Below, piece by piece: positions 54,501 through 64,000 of a stretch of 64,000 nt of DNA (positions are counted from its first letter, which is position 1; each line of letters begins with the position of its first letter). The stretch is taken from NCBI GenBank assembly GCA_004431415.1, contig QPMI01000675.1:1-64000 (forward strand), written 5' to 3'. A program made the position numbers and the translations under genes. Below the pieces are notes generated by a model. That model was not told the DNA's origin, searched no databases, and saw nothing but the letters and a program-made list of their open reading frames with translations. Source of the stretch: Cyanophora paradoxa CCMP329 (lineage: Eukaryota; Plantae; Glaucophyta).

Positions 54501-57500
54501 CGGCGGGGCAGGCGGCGCAGGCGAGGCCGTCGTCGGAGACGTGGCCGGCCTCGCACGCGGCGCAGGCGGCGGCGCCCGGGCCCGAGACCTCGTTCGCCCC
54601 GCAGGGCTCGCACGCCAGCGCCCCCTCCGGCATCCGCGTCCCCTGCGCACGCACGCCGCTCAGATCTAGAATCGAAGCGGGGCGGGGCGGGGCAGAGGCA
54701 GGCTCGCGCATGGGTCGGGTCGCACCGCGGGGCACGGGACGCACTCCCGCCGCGCGTCGTCTGCGCGCCGGCCCGCCGGGCAGACCTGCGCCGGGTACAT
54801 GTCAATCGGATCAGGTCCGCCCCGGCGACGGCCGCGGGTTGCAATCGGGGCGACGGGGGGGTACGGGCTGGGCCGACCTGGCACTGGGAGAGGCCCGGGA
54901 GGGGCGCCACCGCGTTGGGTGCGCACGGGAGGCAGGAGAGGGCGTCGGGGCCGGGCACAGAGCCCGCCGGGCACTCTGCGCGGGACGATCCTTAGCGCTT
55001 TCATTTGAAGAATGCGATGTATGAATGAAACATCAATGTCCCGGCGATACGTATTGCGCTCGGATCTCGCAGCGCACCTCTGCAGCTGACTTCCTCCTCG
55101 CTCGCCACTTCGCCGGGCGGGCTGCGGACGTGCACGGGGGTGAGCCCCCGCGTCCCCTCCTCTTCCCGTGCGGGCGGGGGAGGGGGCGGGGCGGGGCGGG
55201 GCGGGGGCGGGGCGCGCCAGCGGCTGCAGGCGGAGGAGCCGAAGTCGGGGGCGACGGTCCCCGGGGGGCACCCCTAGCACGCCGCCATCGCCCCCTCCCG
55301 GTACTGGCCCTGCGCCCCGCCCCGAAGAATCAGCCCCGGCCGCCGGCCGAGACCTCGGCGCGCGCGAACTGCGCACCGGGCGGCAGGGCACGCAGCTGCG
55401 GCGGTCGGAGGACGCCACGTACCCCGCCTCGCAGTCCGCGCAGTCCCCGCCCCGCCCCGGCAGGTCGGAGAACGTGTTCGCGGGGCACTGCGGGGCACGG
55501 ACAGTTAGCCTTGTGCTTCTAGGCGCGAGAATAACCGATGTCAATCGGAGGTGTAGAGCTCCAGCGCGCCTTCTCGCAGGTGGAGGAGCCGTTGGGCATG
55601 TGAGACCCCGCGTCGCAGAGGACGCAGCGCGTGCTGGCGATTGCGAGGCGAGGGGTGAGCGGCCGCGGAGGTCCAGAGCTCGAGGGAATGTTTTGATGAG
55701 CCGCGCGGGGGGGCGGGGCGGACCTGTCGGCGGAGGCGTAGGAGCCGAGGGCGCACCGCAGGCACGCGCGGAAGGTCCGCTCGGGGGCGTACTCCCCCTG
55801 CGCCCCCCTCGCGCTCAGCGCTTGCCCGCCTCCGATCCGGCGGCGGCGCGGGGCGCACGGGCTTGCAGGGGAAGCAGCTGTTCTGGCCCTCGCCGTGGAA
55901 GGTGCCGGCGGGGCAGGCCACGCACCGCGTTCGGTCGTCGTTCGAGACCGTCCCCTGCGCATGCCGCCCCGCCCGCGGGCGCTCGAGCTTAAGTCGCAAC
56001 GCTGATTATGAGATCGCGGGCAGGCGGCCGCACCGGCTCGCATTTGGTACACACGACGTCCCCGGGGGAGGAGACGCTCCCCGCAGGGCACTGCGAAGAA
56101 TTCGAAGCACGCGAGGTTACTAGGTTAGGAGGTGGGTGCGAACGGCGGGAAAGTTAAATTTAAGATCAAGAGAAATTAACAATCGACTCTGATTTTGGGG
56201 CGGCCGCGGGGCGCACGGGGACGCAGAAGGTTGCGTTCTCGTAGAGGCCGGGGGGGCAGGGGACGCAGGCGGTGCGGTCCTCGTTGCTCGTCGTCCCGCG
56301 CGGGCAGCGCGGGCACGCCTCGTGCGCCCCCATCCCGCTGAACGTCCCCTGCGCAAGCGCGCGCGCCGAATCGAAGATGTTCGTTAGCAATGCTCCTAAG
56401 GACACGCGAGAGCCTCCGGCTGGCGCACGAGGGGGCAGGGCCAGCAGCGCCCGTCGCGCTCGACGAAGCCCTGCTCGCGGGAGAGAACCCCGGGTCAGAG
56501 CGGGAGGAGGGGCGACCAGGGGGGTGCCCGGGCGCGCCGCGCTGCAGGGGCGGCACTGCGCGCGGTCGTCGGAGCTCTCCGTGCCCCGCGGGCTGCGAGA
56601 GGCGCGTCGGGCCGGCCTGCTTCGCAGAGCGCGCGATAATATTATAAGCTGAGCGAGGTTCTTATATTACCAAGGCGTGCAGAATGATGCGCCGGCCGCG
56701 GGAGTGTAAAACCTGCGTGCAGCGTACGCTGTGAGATGGCGATTGAGCTGCGCGTGAAAATTCGACGGCAAACCGGAAAGGGCACTGCCTGCAGCTCGTC
56801 TCGTTCGCGGCCCGGGCCACGCCGACCGCACGGCTGCCGACCAAGGCCGCGCCGACCGCGCGGCCTGCACTGCCCTGGGCGCACGGCTGCCGACCGAAAC
56901 GTGAGAGCGTCAAGGTGAGAATCTAGAGCGGATCGGGCCGGCGCGCGCGGGCTGCTGCGGCGGCGCACGTCGCAGTTCTGGCGGTCGAGGGAGGCGACGG
57001 TGCCGGGGCCGCAGGGCGTGCAGGCGGTCGCCCCCGCCGTCGGCGTCACCGCGTTCACGGGACAGTCGACGCAGACGCCCCCGCTCTCGTACCGCCCGGC
57101 GGGGCACGCCTCGCACCCCGTCCGGTCCCCCGTCGACACTCTGCGCGGCGGTACCGGTACCCGCGATCAGCTCGCGGTCGCAATCGGGGCCCCGGCTGCG
57201 CCTGGCGCTTCCATCGACATGGAGCGCGCCGGCCGGGCTGGCACGGGTTGCAGGCCGCCGCGCCGCCCGTGCTGTACGTGCCTGCACGCGACCGTTCCGC
57301 GGGAATTCGAAGCTCAAACAAGACGAAACAGAAGGCGACGCTCACCGACGGGGCAAGTCTCGCAGTCGCTCATGTTTCGCGCCCGGTACTGGCCCGGGAG
57401 GCAGCTAGAGGGAATTCGAAGGACGCAATGACAATAAGAATACGGCGGGAAACAGGCGAATGCGCTCACGCTTGACAGCTCTGCTTGTCGGCGCTCGCAT

Positions 57501-60500
57501 AGTATCCGCCATCGCTGATGATTATGATCAAATTCAATATATCTACACATGCTCGAGATCTAGATCGCGAGCGGGCAGCAGCAGCGGCCGCTCACCACTC
57601 GATGCAGACGCGGGAGGCCTCGACGGGGTTGTACGTGTTCCCGACGCACGCCCTGCAGACCAGGCTCTCCTCGAAGTTGCCCTTTCCGCAGGGGCGGCAC
57701 TCCGAGCGGTCCGCGTTCGGCACCTCCCCCGCGGCGCACACCTGAGGCGCCGGCAAACATCAATACCGATGGCTCGTCGCCGAAGCATGAGACTAAATAT
57801 GCGAATTCGGAACCGACCCTGTAGGAGCTGCTACCGATGGGGGCGACAGCGCCGAGCGGGACAGACTGGCACCAGGACATGCTGCCATTGCGGTACGTCC
57901 CTGCGCAATTGCCGACGTGAGCCGCCGTATCCGTCCGCTCGCCGCTTTCAAGAAATTGCGTCCGAGCGAAAATTAAAGGGCACGGACCAGAGGAGCAAGC
58001 GACGCAGGACTGCTCGTCAGTTGCGGGGACCGTCCCGTTTTCGCAGGGCTCGCACGCGGCCATCCCCTCCAAGGGGGCGACGGACATTGACGGGCACCTG
58101 GCCATAGACCGCCAAGGCGAAAAGTGGATCGTCGGCCGGGGCCGAGCAGCCGCATGCGCATCGCTGGGCCGCATCGCACCGGACGCAGGAGTCGCCCCTC
58201 TGGTACGACCCGGCGGGGCACGCCCTGCAGAAGGCGAGGTCCGGGGAGGGGACCCAGCCGCCCGCGCAGACCGTGAAGTTCGCGCTGCCCGCCGCCGCCG
58301 CCGCCCGCGAGGGCACCGTTTCGCAGTAGGCCATGGCCCCGGCCCTGTACGTCCCGGGCGGGCACGCTGCCGCAGGAAGCGAGAGATCAGCACTAGCCCG
58401 CCCCGCCCCGGTTTATTCGTGCACGCAAGATATCGATGCTCCGCATTCAAATTCGAGCGCGTCGATAAGGGGACTTAAGGAAGTTTGCTTACGTATGCAG
58501 TTTGATTGATCGGCCGAGCTCACTTGCCCCGCCGGGCAAGCGGTGCAAGAAGCAAGACCCGAAGAGTTAGCGACTGTGTTGATTGGGCACCTGAACGGGG
58601 AAAAAGACTGCTTAAGTACTTGACCATCGCTCATCTTCGCCGCGGCGCGAAACCGATGAAGCAATTCACCGTGTGCATTCGCTCATGTTCGACGTTCGAT
58701 AGTAGCCCGCAGCACTGCGTCGATCGATCAGACTGGATTTATGCGCACAACGTCGACGCGGAATCCAATAATGGGCCGCAAATGCGAACCAAGCAATGCA
58801 CGATTGGCGATCTTCAAGGCTCGTCCACCCTGATTCGAATTCTCGCCCGATTACAACTTGGAGATCGAACCTTGGACGAGCAGCTGCAGCGCACCTTCGG
58901 GGCAGGCGGTGCAGGACCCGAACTCGCCCGCGCGCGAGTACGTCTGACTCGGGCACGTCCGGCAGGCGGTTCGATTCCCGGGCTGGAAGGTCCCCGCGGG
59001 GCTGCGGACATGCACAGCAAAACCAATCAATGAGCCGTTCGATTTGCGCATACACGCCGCAATTCGAATATCCGGACCAAGGCTCGCAGGTCGAAGCGTC
59101 CGCGGTGGGCACCAGACCGGGGCCGCCTGAAACGTTTTGTCACGAGAGATGAACCAATCATGTCTAATTTCCGACTGTGCGTCGATCAAAGCTCACATGG
59201 GAGGCAAGAGCCGAGCGCTCCGCGCCCGGAGTACGAGAAGGCCGGACACGGGAGGCACACTGCAGCGCCTGCGTAGGGCAGGTACGTCCCGGGCCTGCCA
59301 ATCGCGAGGTGAAATTAACGTGAATCGACCGCAATTTCGAAGAACAAGGAGTGAAGGGTTGTGTTCAAAGTAGCTGGGCGCACGAGCACGTGAGGCACGC
59401 GGACGTCCACTTTGAAGTCTGCGTGAACGCGTTCTCGGCGCACGGCTTGCAGGCCGTCCCCGGGGCGTCCGAGTACGTGTTCTGCGGGCAGTCTGGAGAC
59501 CATGGACATGGCCATGCAAGGAATTAGTTCGTTTCATCGGTTTGCACACGTGAATTTCGTGCGCCCACCGTAGCAGGAAGAGGCGCCGGCGGTGGAGTAG
59601 GTGCCAGCGGGGCAGATGGAGGGGGCCGTGGCCCCGCCCGCCGAGAAGGTGCCGGCCTCGCACACGCTCGCCTCGGCGGTGCTGATCAGGCCCGTCCTGT
59701 TCGAGTAGAGCCCGGGCGGGAGCGGGAGGCAGTTCTCCCCCGCGACCGTCCCGCCGGTCGACGCCGCGTTGAAGGTCTGCGCACGCGCGATCAAGGTCCG
59801 ATTTCGAGGTTCGGCACAATTGTAGGAAATTGTGAGCCGCGCACAGTGCCGGGGGGGCACTCCGTGTAGACCTTAACGATGAACGCGGGCTGAGGTCGCG
59901 CGCGAAATTAAACCGCAAGCGCAACGACGGACAAGGAAGCTGCAATTGCGACCGCGTGCGCAGCGGACCTCGCGGGCGTAGAAGGCGATGAAAGGCGCCT
60001 CGACGAAGGGCCGGGAGCCCGTGTTCGCGGGGTCGTCGTTGAACCACGCCCGCGCGCTGAAGTCTCCCAGCACGTGCGCCCCGCTGCCACCCCCAGCCCG
60101 GCGCCGGCGTCGGCGGCGCGCGCAGCGATCGTGGACAGCGGAGATCGGGGAGCGCACGCGATGCCCTGCGCGAAGGACGGAATGACGGTGCGGAAGGGAC
60201 CCGAGAACGTGGCGCTGTCCGCGTTGTCGATCTGTGCGGTTGCGATTTAGCTGTGCAATTCAACGCTGAAGCTTGCTGCACGGGAGCGATTACCTTGATG
60301 AGGTGCGTTGACTTCGAGCGGCAGACGACCTTTCGGAGGCGGGTTGAGAGCATCCAAACCTGCCCGCCCTGGCCATCCGTGCGGCCGAAAGGGAACGCGA
60401 GCGTGTTGCCCGTCGTGTGGAACTCGCGGACGACAAAGAGGGATCCGCTCTTGTAGGCGGCGGCGGGGACCGAGTACCAGCCGCCGTCCACCGAGGGGGA

Positions 60501-63100
60501 CCAGCCTTCGGGCTGGAGGCGGATGCGCCCGCTCTCGACGCCGCCGATGCCCGACTCGAAGGCGCCGGGGCGTGTGAAGCGGACCACCTCGTCGCCCAGC
60601 ACGTAGAACGAGTGGCGCCGGCCCTCCACCCACTTCCCCTCCAGCGCCTGCGCGCGCGCGCCCTCGGCTTCAGAGGGCGAAACAGGCTTGGAGACGACTT
60701 GACGCGATCGGAATATACGCCGACGCACGCCGATGCCCGGCCCGGCGACGCCGGGGCGCTCGTTCTGTAGGATCCACGTGTCGCGCCAGTTGACGGCGCG
60801 CGTGTGGATCACGGACGGCGGGCGCAGCAGCTGCGCCGAGGCGGCGCCGGAGGCGAACGTGACCCCAAACGTCCACCGGGCGATGACGTGCACGACGTCG
60901 ACGGGGCAGGAGAGGCCGCGGCTGAGGGCCGTGGGACAGGCGGAGGTTGGGAAGAAGGGGGTGCGGAGGACGGCGTGGTAGACGAGGGGCCCGCCCTCCT
61001 CCACGCGGCCGTCGGCGGCCATCGCGTGGGCCACGGCCCCCGGCGGGACCGCCTCCGCGTTCGCGGGCCATCTGAAGCCGCGGCCAAAGCGAGTCAAACG
61101 CGAAACGTGCGCGCATCGATCGCGAATTCGAGCGGACGAGGTGGCCTTGTACATGGCGGAGCCTTCGTACGAGTACCCCGCGGGCGCCAGGGACGACAGG
61201 TTCTCCTCGATGGGGAGCTCCACGGTGCCGCCGAAGTGGCAGAGGCGGATGCGGGGCACGACGGCGTTGCTCGGGTACCGCACGTACGACGCGAAGTACG
61301 CCACCCCGCGCTGGCCATGGAACCGCGCCGGCGATCAGCATTTTAACCTCTAGTGTGCAGCATGGACCAGCGATGGCGCCGCTATAGGCCTAGGCGTGTG
61401 CACCTGCCAGAACGAGAAGAGCTGCACGTCGTGCCTCATCGCCGTGCTCGTCCCCTCGTCCGTCCCTGCGAAGCGCAGAAGAGGCGAGTCGGGAATGATC
61501 GACGAGAATAATTCCAACTAGTAACTAGTAATGCTCTCGAGCGGGCGTACAGATGGAGCAGCCGAGGGCGGAGGCGGTGTCAAACGTGTACAGGGACTTG
61601 GCGGACAGGTCCTTTCCACGGCCAAGGCCGTATCCCAGCGCCTCCGCCTGCCCCGGGCCCGCATCAGCTCTGCAGTTTCGCCCTCCAATTTCTGCGGGCG
61701 GCGGCTCACGTGAAGCATGTAGGCGTTCGAGCTGCTCGGCGCCACCTCGATCATGAACATGGTCCCTGCGCACATGCGCGCATGAATGTTCTCTTCGATA
61801 CGTACATACACTCCACATGTGATTTAGTATTAATTACGTGAGCGATGGCTTCGACATCGCAGGGTCTTTAATTTGTAAATTAAATATCTAGATCCGCGTG
61901 CACGTGCACGTGGGGGCAGCTGCGCGCAGGTGCGGCCGCGGCGCGACGGCCAGCTGCAGCTGCAGCCGCAGAGTCGGATCGGGAGGGGCGCACCGAGGGC
62001 GCCGAGCCAGTCGAAGCCCTCGTAGAGCACGTCCGCCGTGGCGGCCGCCACGAGGTACGTGTCCCGGCCCCACATGCTGTGCAGCCAGCTGCCGTCGCCC
62101 TCTGTCAGCTCCGCCCCCCCGGGCGCGCTCGAAGCTCAGGGAACGTGTACGAGGCGCACCGCTCGTCGGTCGAGAAGTTCCGGCCCACCTCGATGAAGCG
62201 CCAGGGCGAGGCCGTGCAGAAGTCCGCAGGCCACACGTCGCCGCTCCCATAGTACGTCGTACCGTCGGGCTGCGATCGGCGCCGGCGTCAGTCCTCTGGC
62301 GCGGCGCAGCACACAGCTCAATTTCGCGCGATCGAACCATGCAACAGCGGTGGCAGCCCGAGTAGGCGAAGGAGAACCTGTCCGGCCGGGGCGGAATTGC
62401 TCAGTCTATAGCTAATTGAATCAGAATAGATGGGATCGCTTACCAGTTGTGGTTGAACCAGACTAAGCAATCCCGCCCCGAACAACTGCGCGAATACCGT
62501 CCCCCAGCCGAGCCGATGAGGTCCGAGCTGACCGAGGTCCGCGTGAAACTCTGGTCGGCCCACACGGCCGCCGTCTTGAAGAACTCTCTGTCGCCCGGGC
62601 GAGAGCGCACGTCGATATCCTGCAGCCGAGGCTTCAGAGGAAAATAAAACGGGTGAATCGCGGAGGCCGGGGCGCGCGCGCGCCCATCCGGGGAAAGGTG
62701 TGAACGACGTGTATCCGAAGTCGGTCGGGGAGAGGCTCGAGCCGGAGAGGGGGCCGAGCTGCGCAGCATCCGTTCAATCACAAAATTTATTCGCACACGT
62801 AGATTTTCTATAGAAGCCGACGGCGGGGCTGATGACGAACAGCACTGAAAGTCCGAGTGAAGGCGCAGAGGTCTTGGGCCTGAGAGCGGCATGCGAATTG
62901 CGCCTCAGATTCCCTAGAGCAATTAAAATGCGGGGAAAGCCGAGGAGGCACCAGGTCCCAGTCGCAGTAGATCATGGCCCCGCTGAACGAGCGGGCGAGG
63001 ATGCCGAGCCGGAGGGAGGGCTCCCGGTAGACCATGAACTCTCCAGCCAGGGGGGCCTGCCGCACCCTCGGGTTAGCACCGCATTCTCTGCACCGCGGCA
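51566..63100 (-). CDS. Large cell-surface protein with many Cys-rich (ephrin-receptor-like/GCC2-GCC3, TNFR-like) repeats and about three C-terminal transmembrane segments; 5' end uncertain and may extend to or past the window edge
   Basis: Numerous CxxCPxGxY/F repeats from ~54300 to ~59750 (CEAGTFSAGGATAPSICPAGTYSTAGASSC, CEACPAGRYESGGVCVDCPVN, CVACPAGTFHGEGQNSCFPC). TM-like LFGVIGAGAVGATALAGLAAFLYL and RTVSGAVFTLLGAVAVGVALAFVAVQF, plus a third hydrophobic stretch ANAASLAGAALGAAGQAFLAYLFV. Stop at 51566. Confidence 0.75.
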
Positions 63101-64000
63101 GCTGCCGCGGCATTAAATATTATTATTATCTGCAGCTTGCGCTTGGCCATGGGATCCGGAGCGCATCGACTTCGTGGCATTGGATCGCCGACTCATAATT
63201 ATTAAAAGGCTTGCAAATTGCAATTGGGCAGGATATCGATTGATCAAAACAGAATTTAAATCAACGCACGGCGAAAAGGATCTCCTTGGCCCCATCCGCC
63301 ATGCTGATTGCGAAACCTGCGCACGCGCACGCGCGGATGAGCATCGACATTCATCGATGCGCGCGCAATTGCGCAAGCCAATTTCCAGCTCAGACTCGCA
63401 CCGTTGGTCGCGCCGCTGGCGACAATGAAGAGTGCACATGCAAAAAGCAGCTTAAATACGTATACGACGGATAAAGCTGCATGATCGGCCGAAGTACTAG
63501 TCGGCGCTGTGCGCTTGCAGTTGCGGCCACGTGTACGTGTAGAGCGCATACGTGTGGAACGTGCACTTAGTAATTTGAAATCCGCGGCCAGGCTTCAACT
63601 AGCGCTGCACTGCGCATGCGCGCGGCAACTTGTATCGTACGCGTCGGGCGCGACACGCTGTACATGTGCATGTATACGCACACAGCCGCTCCCGCTTGCC
63701 ATTGACAGCCGCTGTGGCTGCGGCGCACGCGCAGGCCGGTTCGCTGCCTCGTTCGCTGCCATGTAGGTGCCTCGCGCGCGATCGATGTCGGCGCGTCGCG
63801 CGGCGCGGCGCTTCCCCGCGCTAGCGCGCTCGGCGCACTTCAATTCCAAGCTGCAGCTCACGCGCCCGCGGCCGCGCCCGGCCGCGGCCACTAGTACTCC
63901 GGTCCAGGCCAATTGCGCATGCAATTGCAACGTGCATCCGACGGTTGCCAACTCTCCGACGAGCTCGAGGTCGACTAGTACTTCAAACTGCCACGAGATT

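Overview
GC-rich, intron-dense eukaryotic nuclear DNA with many ~55-120 nt spliceosomal introns. It is probably from an alga; a transit-peptide-like N-terminus with an early Phe, PNO and hybrid histidine kinases fit a glaucophyte such as Cyanophora, but this is inference only. Almost all long ORFs in the six-frame track are GC shadows or exon+intron read-throughs, so gene models were rebuilt by hand from exons and their ends are approximate. Left to right: a low-complexity hypothetical gene; an ADCY10/sAC-like STAND adenylate/guanylate cyclase; a two-component cluster (receiver pseudogene, a 3xGAF hybrid histidine kinase and its head-to-head inverted pseudogene copy); pyruvate:NADP+ oxidoreductase (PFOR-CPR fusion); a putative plastid-targeted unknown; an ELO fatty-acid elongase; a beta-roll-repeat RING protein; NDC80; CEP43/FOP; a small membrane protein with two RyR repeats; an unknown gene; and a large Cys-rich repeat membrane protein. 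The most striking signal is a pervasive micro inverted-triplication mutation (X becomes X-revcomp(X)-X, mostly with X = 3 nt). It can be seen directly as insertions when the duplicated kinase/receiver copies are aligned, and it fills non-coding DNA with palindromic microsatellites. GC-AG introns with an atypical G(T/C)(G/C)CGC donor are also frequent. No CRISPR, rRNA, tRNA or transposase was recognised.
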